Shown: piece after piece, positions 45,583 to 55,408 of the stretch | How the letters are laid out: every line of letters begins with the position of its first letter | Numbering within the stretch: the stretch's first letter is position 1 | DNA from: Armatimonadota bacterium | Lineage (GTDB): Bacteria > Armatimonadota > SYMT01 | Assembly: GCA_041690135.1 (NCBI GenBank) | Contig: JAWLHY010000019.1 | Coordinates: 43,639 to 107,638 of the forward strand | DNA length: 64,000 nucleotides | Direction of reading: 5' to 3' | Translations under genes and position numbers: made by a program | Notes under the pieces: model-generated | Seen by the model: only the letters and a program-made list of their open reading frames with translations | What the model was told of the DNA's origin: nothing | The model's database searches: none

Positions 45583-47274
45583 ATGAGCTCCACATCCGTC
45601 CCCTTCTCCCTTCGCAGTGCCCTCGTGTCCTCGGGTCTCGTTGCGGACGAGGCGCTGCAGGCCGCCGTGGCCGAGCAGCAGTCGACCGGCAAGCGCCTGG
45701 TCGAGATCCTCCTTAGCCGTCGGTTGGTGGCCGAACCGGCGCTGGTGCGAGCTCTCAGTGAGATGCTGGGGTTGGAGGTCGTTTCGCTCGCGCAGAGCGA
45801 CGTGAAGCCGGAGGTGCTCGCCCGGATTCCGAGCGAGCTCGCGCTCACACGGCAAGTGCTCCCGCTGGCGGCTACGGAAAAGTGCCTGACGGTGGCGGTG
45901 GCGGACCCGCTGGACCTTGCCACCCAGGACGACCTGCAGATGCTGACGGGTCTGGCGATCCGGCCGGTGCTCGCTCCCCCATCGGAGATCCGCCGAGCCA
46001 CTGAGCGATTCTATCTGGCGCGGATGCTCCAGGACAGTGAATCGCAGGAAGCTCGGGACGGAGCCGGCGAGGAAGCTCTCGACGTCGCCGACCTCCAGAA
46101 GATGGCACAGGAAGAGCTGATTATCCAGCTCGTGAACCTCATCCTGAACCAGGCCATCCAGGACCGGGCCAGCGACATCCACGTGGAGCCGTTTGAACGG
46201 GAGTTACGAGTCCGGTACCGCATCGACGGGATTCTGCACGACGCGCAGACTCCGCCGAAACGCCTGCATCCCGCGATTGTTTCGCGCATCAAGATCCTGA
46301 GCGACATGAACATCGCGGAGCGCCGGCTGCCGCAGGACGGCCGGATGCGGCTGCAGTCGGCGGGACGGCAGATCGACGTCCGTGTCTCCACCATTCCCTC
46401 TCTCTATGGTGAGAGCGTTGTGATGCGTATCCTGGACCGCTCCTCGGCGATGCTGACCCTGGAAGACCTGGGGATGCGATCCGATGCCCTGACCCGGTTC
46501 CGCCACCTGATCGGCAGCCCGAACGGGATCATCCTGGTTACCGGACCTACCGGCAGCGGCAAAACGACCAGCCTGTACGCCGCGCTCCAGGAGATCTACT
46601 CGCCCGAACGCAAGATCATCACGGTTGAAGATCCGGTCGAATACCAGCTCAACGGCGTGACGCAGATGCAGGTACACCCCCAGATCGGGCTCACGTTTGC
46701 CAACGGGCTGCGGCACATCGTCCGGCAAGATCCGGACGTGATCATGGTCGGTGAGATCCGCGACGGAGAGACGGCGGACATCGCCATTCATGCCGCTCTT
46801 ACGGGACACCTGGTCCTCTCCACGCTGCACACGAACGATGCGGCGGGTGCGGTGGGACGCCTGCTCGATATGGGCGCCGAGCCGTTCCTGGTGGCCTCTT
46901 CTCTCGTCGGCAGCATCGCCCAGCGGCTGGTCCGCGTGATTTGCCCGCGCTGCCGGGTTTCCGTCCCCGCCGGGCACGAAATGTGGGCGCAGGCCGCCAT
47001 TCTGGGCCCGGAACTGGCCACCGGACCCCTCTACTACGGCACCGGCTGCGAGGACTGCCGGCAGTTCGGCTACCGGGGGCGTTCCGCAATTTTCGAGTTT
47101 CTTCCGGTGGATGAGGCGGTGCAGCAGTTGATCATGCAGCGCAGTTCGGCCTCGGAGATTCGCAATTACGCGGTGACCCAGGGGATGACGACGCTGCTCG
47201 CGGACGCGAAACGGAAGGTGTTGGACGGGACGACGACGGTGAGTGAGCTGCTCCGCGTATGTCAGCGGTCCTGA
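45583..47274 (+). CDS. gspE: Type II secretion ATPase
   Basis: ASDIHVEP, RLPQDGR, GPTGSGKTT, TVEDPVE, RQDPDVIMVGEIRD, TGHLVLSTLHTN, CxxC...CxxC. Confidence 0.93.
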   Translation: MSSTSVPFSLRSALVSSGLVADEALQAAVAEQQSTGKRLVEILLSRRLVAEPALVRALSEMLGLEVVSLAQSDVKPEVLARIPSELALTRQVLPLAATEKCLTVAVADPLDLATQDDLQMLTGLAIRPVLAPPSEIRRATERFYLARMLQDSESQEARDGAGEEALDVADLQKMAQEELIIQLVNLILNQAIQDRASDIHVEPFERELRVRYRIDGILHDAQTPPKRLHPAIVSRIKILSDMNIAERRLPQDGRMRLQSAGRQIDVRVSTIPSLYGESVVMRILDRSSAMLTLEDLGMRSDALTRFRHLIGSPNGIILVTGPTGSGKTTSLYAALQEIYSPERKIITVEDPVEYQLNGVTQMQVHPQIGLTFANGLRHIVRQDPDVIMVGEIRDGETADIAIHAALTGHLVLSTLHTNDAAGAVGRLLDMGAEPFLVASSLVGSIAQRLVRVICPRCRVSVPAGHEMWAQAAILGPELATGPLYYGTGCEDCRQFGYRGRSAIFEFLPVDEAVQQLIMQRSSASEIRNYAVTQGMTTLLADAKRKVLDGTTTVSELLRVCQRS

Positions 47275-47284
47275 AGAAGCGGGA

Positions 47285-48535
47285 ATGACTGAGTTTACCT
47301 ATCAGGCGTTGGATCGGGGTGGAGCCACGGTTTCAGGCGTGCTCAAAGCGGAGACACGCGACGCGGCGGCCGATCGGATCCGACAGTTGGACCTCTTCCC
47401 GATGGTTGTGGAGGTGGTCGGAGCGCGGAAGTCGGCGGCTTCGTCCGGAGTTGGCGGCCTTCCCGCCGCTCGCTCGTCCGGGTTGAGCGGCTGGCGCGGC
47501 CGGGTCGGGCGGATGGAAGTTGTGGTGTTTACCCGGCAGCTGGCAGACCTTGTGTCCGCGGGTCTGCCGTTGGACCGAGCTCTTACCGTTTTGATCCGCC
47601 AGACAGGCTCCGCCGGGCTGAAAGCACGCCTGCTCCAGATTCAGGAGGATGTCCGGGCGGGACAGTCCCTCTCCGAAGCGCTCGCCCGCTTCCCACGTGA
47701 GTTCCCGCGTCTCTACGTGAATATGGTGCACGCCGGCGAAGTCACCGGGCAACTCGGCGAAGTACTGGAACGGTTGGCGGGTTACCTCGAGCGAGAGATC
47801 ACCCGGCGTTCCCAGCTTGTTTCGGCGATGACCTACCCGGCAGTCCTCACCGTGGTCGCGGTTTCCGCCGTCGTGTTCCTACTCACCTTTGTGGTGCCGC
47901 GGCTATCGACGGTCTTCGACGAGATGGACCGCGCCCTCCCGCTGCCCACCCAGATATTGCTCGCCGTCACGGGGTTCATCACCCAGTATTGGTGGGGCCT
48001 CCTGCTGGCCCTGGTTGGGGGCGGCCTGCTTCTACGCCAACTCCTTTCTACGGCTTCAGGACGAGCCGCCTGGGATGCCGGGCTGTTCCGTGTTCCCGTG
48101 GTAGGGAAGCTGCAGCAGCGGATCGTTTCGGCGCGGTTCGTTCGTTCCCTGGGTACGATGCTCTCCGGCGGTGTACCCATCCTTGACTCGCTGGAGATCG
48201 CACGCGATGCCGTAGGGAACGTAGCCGCCGGCCGCGCCGCGGACGAGGTCAAAGAGGCGATCCGCCAGGGAGAAAGCCTGGCCGGAGCCATGGAATCCAG
48301 CCCCTTCTTTCTGCCGGTAGTAGTGCACATGGCTGCGGTTGGCGAGGAAACCGGGCGGCTTCCCCAGATGCTGGTGCGGACGGCGGACAGTCTGGATTTC
48401 GAGATCGACAGCACCATGCGCCGCACGATAACGCTGATTGAGCCGGCGATTGTCCTCAGCATGGGCCTTTTGGTCGGGTTCATTGTGCTGTCGATCTTGC
48501 TGCCGATCTTCGAAGCGAACATGGCGGTGAAATAA
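47285..48535 (+). CDS. gspF: Type II secretion inner-membrane platform protein
   Basis: FTYQALD, FTRQLA.L..AGLPL, AGEVTG.L, YP, VGEETG.L, IEP; ATG 47285. Confidence 0.92.
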   Translation: MTEFTYQALDRGGATVSGVLKAETRDAAADRIRQLDLFPMVVEVVGARKSAASSGVGGLPAARSSGLSGWRGRVGRMEVVVFTRQLADLVSAGLPLDRALTVLIRQTGSAGLKARLLQIQEDVRAGQSLSEALARFPREFPRLYVNMVHAGEVTGQLGEVLERLAGYLEREITRRSQLVSAMTYPAVLTVVAVSAVVFLLTFVVPRLSTVFDEMDRALPLPTQILLAVTGFITQYWWGLLLALVGGGLLLRQLLSTASGRAAWDAGLFRVPVVGKLQQRIVSARFVRSLGTMLSGGVPILDSLEIARDAVGNVAAGRAADEVKEAIRQGESLAGAMESSPFFLPVVVHMAAVGEETGRLPQMLVRTADSLDFEIDSTMRRTITLIEPAIVLSMGLLVGFIVLSILLPIFEANMAVK

Positions 48536-48545
48536 GGAGCGACCT

Positions 48546-49025
48546 TTGGACTTCCGGCACAGAGCGGCTCTTTTCCCGGAGACGCGGCAAACAACAACAA
48601 AGCAAAGGGGTCGGGGTTTCACCCTGATCGAGCTCCTGGTGGTGATGGCCATCCTGGGTGTCCTGGCGGCGGTGATCGTGCCGCGCGTCGTGGGGCGTTC
48701 GGAGGACGCCCGGCGCGCGCGGGCCGTGTCCGATATCGAAGCCCTGGGGACCGCCCTGGACATGTACGCGGCGGACAGCGGACGGTATCCGACCACGGAG
48801 CAGGGACTGGAAGCGCTGCGCGATCGCCCGACGACCCCGCCCCTACCCCGTGCCTGGTCCGGTCCTTATCTGAAGAAGGCGATTCCAGCGGATCCCTGGG
48901 GCAGTTCCTATCTTTACACCAGCCCGGGCGAGAATAATCCGGAAACCTACGACCTTTACTCCCTGGGGGCCGATGGACGTCCAGGTGGCAACGGGAACGA
49001 TATGGACATTACGAATTGGGAATAG
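48546..49025 (+). CDS. gspG: Major pseudopilin
   Basis: [52 protein letters not shown]. Confidence 0.95.
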   Translation: MDFRHRAALFPETRQTTTKQRGRGFTLIELLVVMAILGVLAAVIVPRVVGRSEDARRARAVSDIEALGTALDMYAADSGRYPTTEQGLEALRDRPTTPPLPRAWSGPYLKKAIPADPWGSSYLYTSPGENNPETYDLYSLGADGRPGGNGNDMDITNWE

Positions 49026-49032
49026 GCAAGCG

Positions 49033-49080
49033 GGTTGAAAGTTGGAAGGTTGAAGGTTGAAAGTTGGAAGGTTGAAGGTT
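49033..49080. repeat. 22-bp tandem duplication built from GGTTGAA/GTTGGAA units
   Basis: ggttgaaagttggaaggttgaa x2 plus ggtt; reverse complement resembles the 10545-10583 array. Confidence 0.85.
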
Positions 49081-49103
49081 AGTGCGGTTGTGGGTGCCAG
49101 GAG

Positions 49104-49703
49104 TTGAAGACTGTGCGGTATTCTGGCGTTCAGGCGTTCAGGCATTCGGGGGATAGGAACCTCTGCCCTCCGGCGGCTTGGGAGGCGGAGGCCAGGTCTG
49201 CCTGGAACCGGCGAGGGTTCACGCTGGTAGAGCTGATTATCGTGCTGGGGATCCTGCTGATGGCGGCCTCGGCGGCGGTACCGGCGTTCTTGCGCTTCCA
49301 GCAGGGGGCGCAGATCCAACTCGCGGCTCGGCGTACGATGGCCCTCGCCGCGGAAGCACGCGGCCTGGCCATCACGCGGGATACGGGGGTCACTCTTACT
49401 TACGACCGGAGCGCTCACGGACTGCGGATGACGGTCGATCCGCCGGACCTCGACACTGAGAATGCCGCGGCGCCCGGTGCGATGCCGGCGGGGGAAAGCC
49501 TCACCGGAGACCGCCGACTGCTGGAGTACCCCCTGGACGTGGCGGTGGAGATCGTGCAGCCGGACCCGTCGCTCCCGGGCGAGCTGCGGTTTCGGCCGGA
49601 CGGGAAGGCCAGCGAAGCGACGCTGAGCCTTTCGCGCGAAGGGTTCGAAGGCGTGACCCTGGGCCTGAACCCCCGGACCGGTAGGTTCCACGTGCTGCCA
49701 TGA
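49104..49703 (+). CDS. gspH: Minor pseudopilin H
   Basis: RRGFTLVELIIVL, ARGLAI, LRFRPDG; AGGAG then TTG start. Confidence 0.8.
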   Translation: MKTVRYSGVQAFRHSGDRNLCPPAAWEAEARSAWNRRGFTLVELIIVLGILLMAASAAVPAFLRFQQGAQIQLAARRTMALAAEARGLAITRDTGVTLTYDRSAHGLRMTVDPPDLDTENAAAPGAMPAGESLTGDRRLLEYPLDVAVEIVQPDPSLPGELRFRPDGKASEATLSLSREGFEGVTLGLNPRTGRFHVLP

Positions 49704-50059
49704 AGAGGAAGCGCGGGTTTTCGTTGGTGGAGACGATCGTCGCGGTGGCGTTACTCGGCGTGGGCATCTCGGCCTGCGTGGCCTGCATGGGCTCTGCGAC
49801 CCGAGCTTCCGCGCGCGCGGAGGAGTACACCGCCGTTCAACTGTTGGCTCGTGAGAAGCTGGCGGAGTTGGAGCTAGCTTCTCCGCAGGAGGGGCAGGAG
49901 ACGGGAGACTTCGGCGAGGAGCGGCCGGGTTATTACTGGCGGACGACGACAGCTCCCACCGACACCCCAGACCTGCACCAGGTCCGCCTGGAGATCGTGT
50001 GGGGCGATCCGGAGCACCCACGCACGGCCGAGTTCGTGACGATGATGCGGGGGGACTAG
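49700..50059 (+). CDS. gspI: Minor pseudopilin I
   Basis: RGFSLVETIVAVALL, LAREKLAEL, GDF...Y.W; ATGA overlap. Confidence 0.82.
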   Translation: MKRKRGFSLVETIVAVALLGVGISACVACMGSATRASARAEEYTAVQLLAREKLAELELASPQEGQETGDFGEERPGYYWRTTTAPTDTPDLHQVRLEIVWGDPEHPRTAEFVTMMRGD

Positions 50060-50098
50060 GCGTTTGGGCCGGAGGGAGCGCGGACGTCCCGTCCGCCA

Positions 50099-50260
50099 GT
50101 GTTCAGGTAGTCAGGTGTTCAGGCACCTGGGCAGTGGGGCGTTGGGCGTTAGGGCACTCCGGTAGAGTTGGCGGCCTAGGCGTGGGCTGGAGTGGCCAAG
50201 GGGGATCGGGGAGATGGAGCGGTAGGGAATGGGTGGACGTTGGGTTGAGAGCGCTGGACG
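50099..50260. repeat. G-rich degenerate 7-8-mer arrays between gspI and gspJ
   Basis: gtgttcag gtagtcag gtgttcag; gggcagtg gggcgtt gggcgtt; further G-rich units running into the gspJ leader. Confidence 0.6.
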
Positions 50261-51023
50261 GCGGGGTCGGTGCAGGGGCCGGCGGGGGTTTACCCTGCTG
50301 GAGGCGCTCGTGGCGCTGGTGCTCGGGGGCATCGTGATGGCGGGTATTGCCATGGCACTCCGGACCGGTCTGGATGCTCAGGAGCGGATCCAGGACCGCA
50401 GCGACCGGCACGCGGAAGCGCGTGCCGTGGCCGACGTGCTTACCACCGACCTTTCCTCCGCGTTTCTCTCCCGGCAGAACACCGAGCAAACCCACTTTAC
50501 TGCCAGTCCGTCGGAGGCAAGTCCGCCCGGAGAGCCGTTCTTGAGCTTCACGACCCTGAGTTATCGCCGCGGACGACCGCTGCCGGATACCGATTCATCT
50601 CCGCGCTCGGATGCGGTTCAGGTGGATTACCTGCTCCAGCCGCATCCCGCGGGCGAACCGGATCGCGTGGCCCTGGTGCGCCGAGAGCGGTGGCTCACCG
50701 AGACCGGTCCTGGAGTGATGGAGATCCTTTCGACGGATCTGGTTGGTCTCCGGCTAGGCTATTCGGATGGCACGGGCTTTCAGGAGGAGTGGAGCGCGGA
50801 CGCGGAGACCAATCCTGCCCTCACCAGCTACGAGGATGAGGGAGTGCCGCCTGCTCCTGCAGAAAGAGAGCTTCCGCGGGCCGTACAAGTAACGCTTCTA
50901 CTTCCGCCAACGTCAGGTATCGGTGAAGAACAGAGCCCCCGTGCCTACCAGACCGTGATCCTGGTCCACGCCGATGGCACGGCACCTTTCGAGACCCAGC
51001 TGGTCCCGCGCCCGGCCCAATAG
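50229..51023 (+). CDS. gspJ: Minor pseudopilin J
   Basis: RRGFTLLEALVAL, DL..AF, VDYLL, LVRRE, EEW, LPRAVQVTL. Confidence 0.82.
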   Translation: MGGRWVESAGRRGRCRGRRGFTLLEALVALVLGGIVMAGIAMALRTGLDAQERIQDRSDRHAEARAVADVLTTDLSSAFLSRQNTEQTHFTASPSEASPPGEPFLSFTTLSYRRGRPLPDTDSSPRSDAVQVDYLLQPHPAGEPDRVALVRRERWLTETGPGVMEILSTDLVGLRLGYSDGTGFQEEWSADAETNPALTSYEDEGVPPAPAERELPRAVQVTLLLPPTSGIGEEQSPRAYQTVILVHADGTAPFETQLVPRPAQ

Positions 51024-51055
51024 GTCGCCGGAGTTGGAGTGAACGGCAGCGAGCA

Positions 51056-52459
51056 ATGAGGCTCCCGATCAGCAGCCAAAAACGAACAAGCAGACTCCGG
51101 CGTGGTCGGCGGGGCCAGGCACTGATCGCGGCCATCCTGGCGCTGACAGTGCTCACGGCTGGCGCAATTGCGCTTTCCGCCCAGGCGCGCCTGGAACTGC
51201 GGGCCGCACGCCGCGGCGTGGACCAACTCCGGCGCGAAGCCGCCCTGAAGGGGGCCATCAACCGCGGCATTGCCCTGCTGGAACAGGGACGCACCGATCC
51301 GGAAAGACTGCTGACCGAGCTCCGGTCCCATACCGAGCTGCGCTGGGAGCCGATGACGCAAGGTACGGAAGCTGGCGGCACGCCGATGCTGGTCGCGCTG
51401 CAACTGGTGGACGCCTCCTCACGCTTGAGCCTGCAGGGGGTAACGTCGGACCAGCTTCAGAAGCTGCCGGACCTGGACCGCGAAACCGCACAGGCGATCC
51501 TGAAGTGGCGAGACACCGACGAGGGCGCGGACGACGGAGATTATGCCGGGCGGCCGCGTCCCTACGAGCCGAAGGACCGACCTTTCGACACCCTGGAGGA
51601 ACTGTTGCTGGTGGAAGGGGTGGACCTGCCGCAGTTCTTCGGTAGCTCCACCTTGCGCGAGACCCGGGAGTTGAAGGCGCCTCCCCTCTCCGAGTTCCTC
51701 ACCGTGATTTCCGGCGAGAACAATATCGACGGCTTTGGTAACGCCCGCGCCAATGTGAACACCGCGGGTGAGGCGGAGTTGCTGGAAGCGGCCAACCGGG
51801 AGGGGCAGTTCGTTACGCCGGAGCAGGTGCGCCGGATCGTGGCCCGGCAGGAGCAGCACCGCGCCCAGATCGCCGGCGGGATGTCGCCGGGCCAGAGTGA
51901 AAACCCATTCCGCACCGCCCTGGATGCGATCCGGGAAAGCGGCGCGGGCTTTGAGTACTACGGGGTGCTCCTCGATGCCTGGACCGCGGACACGCGAGCG
52001 TTCCTGCCCAACCGGATCAACGTCAATACCGCACCCGAGGCGGTGCTGGAAGTTGTTCCGGGCCTTACCGGTGAGATGCGAAACGAGTTGCTGCGGTTAC
52101 GGCGGGAACGTCCGGAGGGACTGTCCTGGACCGAAGTCCTCCAGGCCCTGGGAGTACAGCAGCAGGGGCAACAGAACCGGCCGACTGACGGCGGCGAGGG
52201 CGGCGAGGGCACGCCCTCTGAAGGACAGCCGGGCGGTCAGCAGGACCCGGGCGCGCAGGTGCTGGAGCACCTGACCACACGTTCCGCGGTCTACCTGGTC
52301 CGCTGTCTGGTGCGTGAGGGGGCATCGCAGCGGATAGACGCCGCCGCTGCCCTGGTTTACTGGCCCGGCGACTCCGGTGAACCGGCGAAGATCATTCAGT
52401 GGCGGCAGCCCGACAAGTTTCCCGGCTGGACGGCGTGGTTCCGGAGCCCGGAAGGGTAG
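51056..52459 (+). CDS. gspK: Minor pseudopilin K
   Basis: RRGQALIAAILAL, D.SSRL, AI..WRD.D, PFDTLEELLLVEG, INVNTAP. Confidence 0.88.
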   Translation: MRLPISSQKRTSRLRRGRRGQALIAAILALTVLTAGAIALSAQARLELRAARRGVDQLRREAALKGAINRGIALLEQGRTDPERLLTELRSHTELRWEPMTQGTEAGGTPMLVALQLVDASSRLSLQGVTSDQLQKLPDLDRETAQAILKWRDTDEGADDGDYAGRPRPYEPKDRPFDTLEELLLVEGVDLPQFFGSSTLRETRELKAPPLSEFLTVISGENNIDGFGNARANVNTAGEAELLEAANREGQFVTPEQVRRIVARQEQHRAQIAGGMSPGQSENPFRTALDAIRESGAGFEYYGVLLDAWTADTRAFLPNRINVNTAPEAVLEVVPGLTGEMRNELLRLRRERPEGLSWTEVLQALGVQQQGQQNRPTDGGEGGEGTPSEGQPGGQQDPGAQVLEHLTTRSAVYLVRCLVREGASQRIDAAAALVYWPGDSGEPAKIIQWRQPDKFPGWTAWFRSPEG

Positions 52460-52495
52460 GCGGGTGGGCCAGAGCAGCGGCAGTGCGAGCCGCGA

Positions 52496-54046
52496 TTGAG
52501 GATTACGGTGGAGAAACGCCAGACAACACGAAAACGAACGAGCCGGAGTACCGTCACTATCGCCGGTATCCAGGGCGAGGCTGCCTTCGTCCTTGAAGCG
52601 AGCTTGCGCGGGGACCGGGTTATTGTCGAGCGGTGGGGAACGGCCGCTATCGATGCGAACGCTGCGAAGGCGGGCGGGGGCTCGGAGGATGGTCGCGGCC
52701 CGGCCATCGCACGCGCCCTGGCCGAGGCGGGGATCCGAAGTAAGAGCGTAGTAGTTTGTCTTCCGGCTCGAACGGTGGTGGTCAAGCGCGTCCAATTGCC
52801 GCCGGCCGCACCCGACCAGATTCCGCAGTTAGTACGCTTCGAAGCCCAGCGATATCTCCCCCTGCCGCTCGAGCAGCTCGTCACCGGTTACCTGCCGGTG
52901 GAAGCCGAACCTCGTAGCCAGGGTGGAACCCGCGAGAAGGGTACGGAAGTGCTGCTGGCCATCACTCGCCGGGATGACCTCGTGCGCCTGTCGGCTTCCC
53001 TGGTAGGGGCGGGCCTGCAGATCGAGGGCTGCGGCGTAGATGCGCTAGCTCTGGCCGATGACTACGCTCGCTCCCTCACGGACGACGTGGCGAAATCGAA
53101 CGGTCATGCTTCGCTGGTGGTGTCATCGGACAGCCAGGGCCTGCATGCCCAGATCTTGCATGGAACTCGCCTGCTCTCTACCCGCTATCTCCCGGCGGAC
53201 GAGGGTGATTGGGGCCCGGACCTCAAGCGCACGTTGACGGGTTATGCCCTGGAACACCAGGCGGTGCCCATCGCGGAGGCGATTGCGCAAGGGGACGTCG
53301 ACGAGCACCTCCTGGCCCGCGCGGCGGGGTTGCCCGTGCGATACCTGTCCGGAACGGGGGAAGTGGGATTCCCTCCCGGATTTCCGGCACCTTACCAGCC
53401 GTTGGCCTCACTCGCCCGCCAGTGGCTTTCCCCTTCTCGATATGGAGTGAGACTAGCTCCGGAGGATTGGCAGACCGGAAACCGCTCTTCGGGCCGTACG
53501 GGAGCATTGCTTGCCGTGGCGGCGTCCGTCGCCGTGCTCGGTCTGCTGGTGGTGACGCAGCTCGACCGGCAAAAACAGGCTCGGGCGGAGTCGGCCTCCG
53601 CTTCCCGGCTGATCCGCATGGTCCGCAGCGATCGGAAGCAGCTGGCGCGCTTGAAAGCAGAGCGCGACCTGCTGGCCGACCGCTATCGCCTCGTCGGGGC
53701 GGGCGCGGGGAGCGCTGGATTGCGGGAAACCGGACCGCAGTCTTCCCTCGAATTGCTGCGGCGCGTCGGCAGCCGGACTCCGGAAGGAGTGTGGCTCACG
53801 CAGGTGGCGTACCGGCGAGGGGAGCCCCTGCAGATTCTGGGAACCACCCGCAACAGCGCCGCGGTGACCACCTTTATCCGCGGTCTCGAGCGTATGCCAG
53901 GGTGTGAACGGGTCGAGTTGGGTTACCTCCGCAGCGCGACGGTCCAGGACACGGAGGTGACGCAGTTCCGCGTGGATTGTGTGCTGGAAGGGAAGCCGCG
54001 GGAAACCACGATGGCGCGGGAAGACACGAGGAGAACCTCTCAATGA
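52496..54046 (+). CDS. GspL-like PilM/PilN fusion
   Basis: Actin-like N-part (VVVCLP...LP...VRFEAQRYLPLP), one TM, PilN-like C-part (PEGVWLTQV...I.G...F...LE). Confidence 0.78.
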   Translation: MRITVEKRQTTRKRTSRSTVTIAGIQGEAAFVLEASLRGDRVIVERWGTAAIDANAAKAGGGSEDGRGPAIARALAEAGIRSKSVVVCLPARTVVVKRVQLPPAAPDQIPQLVRFEAQRYLPLPLEQLVTGYLPVEAEPRSQGGTREKGTEVLLAITRRDDLVRLSASLVGAGLQIEGCGVDALALADDYARSLTDDVAKSNGHASLVVSSDSQGLHAQILHGTRLLSTRYLPADEGDWGPDLKRTLTGYALEHQAVPIAEAIAQGDVDEHLLARAAGLPVRYLSGTGEVGFPPGFPAPYQPLASLARQWLSPSRYGVRLAPEDWQTGNRSSGRTGALLAVAASVAVLGLLVVTQLDRQKQARAESASASRLIRMVRSDRKQLARLKAERDLLADRYRLVGAGAGSAGLRETGPQSSLELLRRVGSRTPEGVWLTQVAYRRGEPLQILGTTRNSAAVTTFIRGLERMPGCERVELGYLRSATVQDTEVTQFRVDCVLEGKPRETTMAREDTRRTSQ

Positions 54047-54594
54047 GCACATTGACCCCTCGCGAGCGCACCCTGATCGGGGCGGGGATCCTCATCGCCC
54101 TCGCAATCGGCGTACCCGGCCTGATGAGCCCCACCGCTACCGGGGGCCGTTCGCTCGCCGCGGTGAAGCAGGAGCGGCGTGAGGTCCAGACGGAGCTAGG
54201 CCGGGTACGCCGCGAGATCGAGTTGTTGGAAGCCGGGATTGATGGACGGCTCTCCGCCGGCGACTCGCAGGCCCTCATCGGCCGGATGGTTGAGGCATCG
54301 GAAGACGCCGCACGCTCCGCCGGGCTACGCGTAACGGACCTCAAACCGACCGCGCCGGAGAGCGTGAGCGGACTGCAGCGCGTCGCCGTGCAGCTGACGC
54401 TCTCGGCGACCTTTGCGCAGGCGGTGCGCTTCCTGTACGAACTGGAGTGCAGCGGCCATTCCCCCACGGGAAGCTTTCAGGTGGACGACCTGCAAATGGT
54501 CGCCACCGATCCGCGTAAAGACCTCCTCGCGCTGGAATTGCGGGTGGTGGGCTTCGTGAAGGGAGAGGATGAGGAAGATGGATCTGGAACCTAG
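54043..54594 (+). CDS. GspM/PilO-like protein
   Basis: LTPRERTLI plus TM, coiled coil, V.LTLSA.F.Q..RFLYELE; ATGA overlap. Confidence 0.78.
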   Translation: MSTLTPRERTLIGAGILIALAIGVPGLMSPTATGGRSLAAVKQERREVQTELGRVRREIELLEAGIDGRLSAGDSQALIGRMVEASEDAARSAGLRVTDLKPTAPESVSGLQRVAVQLTLSATFAQAVRFLYELECSGHSPTGSFQVDDLQMVATDPRKDLLALELRVVGFVKGEDEEDGSGT

Positions 54595-55396
54595 CCGGCC
54601 GTCTTGGCTATGGACGGCTGCCATCGGCACGGCTGCCGTGTGCGTGGCTTTAGTGGGACTCAATGGTCGGGAGGCACAGTCCCAGGGAAGTTCGAAACCC
54701 AACCGATCCGGGCAAACGGAAGCCTTTCCCCGCTCCGAGGTGGTCAGACCGGTTGCGGAGATGCCGGAGCCTTCGTTCGAGCGTTACCGAGGCCTGATCC
54801 GGCGCAATCCCTTTGCCCCGAAACTGCCGCCTCCCGTGACGATAGCTCCCGCCCCGTCCGCGCCCCCGGAACTGCCGCCGGTGGGAGCGCCGGCCGCGAA
54901 CATCACCGAGAAGCCAAAGGAAGACGCAAAGGGAACGCCTCCGGCAACCGCGCCGACGGCGCCCCCGGATCCCTTGAAGGACTGGACCTACACCGGCACG
55001 GTGATCTTTGGCGAGCAGGTTTACGCCGTGATGGAAAACAAGACCAGCAAGCGGGGAGAGTATCTCAAGCCGGGAGACCAGTTTCAGGGCGCAATGGTCG
55101 AGATCGTGGCCCAGAACGAGCTGCGGCTGACGCTGAACGGGAGCCCGCGCGTTTTTCCAAAGTCCTCGGCCTTCAATGCCACCCCGCTGAATGCTGCTCC
55201 GTCCGCCGCACCTGCCGGTGGACCGGTCGGCCCCGGAGGCCCCGGAGGTCCCGGTGGGCCCATGCCTCCCGGGGCAAGACCTGGAGGGCCTACTCCACCA
55301 GGCGCAAAACCCGCCAGCCCGACTCCCGCCGCCGCTCCCGGAGGCGCTGCTCCCACGGTGATGACCGCCCCCGCCGCCATTCGTGTCGTGAAATAG
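54578..55396 (+). CDS. GspC/PilP-like Pro-rich protein
   Basis: TM, RNPF.P, YTGTVI.G....A.MEN......YLKPGD; position before the secretin. Confidence 0.7.
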   Translation: MDLEPSRPSWLWTAAIGTAAVCVALVGLNGREAQSQGSSKPNRSGQTEAFPRSEVVRPVAEMPEPSFERYRGLIRRNPFAPKLPPPVTIAPAPSAPPELPPVGAPAANITEKPKEDAKGTPPATAPTAPPDPLKDWTYTGTVIFGEQVYAVMENKTSKRGEYLKPGDQFQGAMVEIVAQNELRLTLNGSPRVFPKSSAFNATPLNAAPSAAPAGGPVGPGGPGGPGGPMPPGARPGGPTPPGAKPASPTPAAAPGGAAPTVMTAPAAIRVVK

Positions 55397-55408
55397 AAGG
55401 CCAGCTCC

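Noticed and set aside
49033-49080. 22-bp direct repeat as a mini-CRISPR
   Set aside because: Copies are contiguous with no spacer and are composed of 7-8-mer units.
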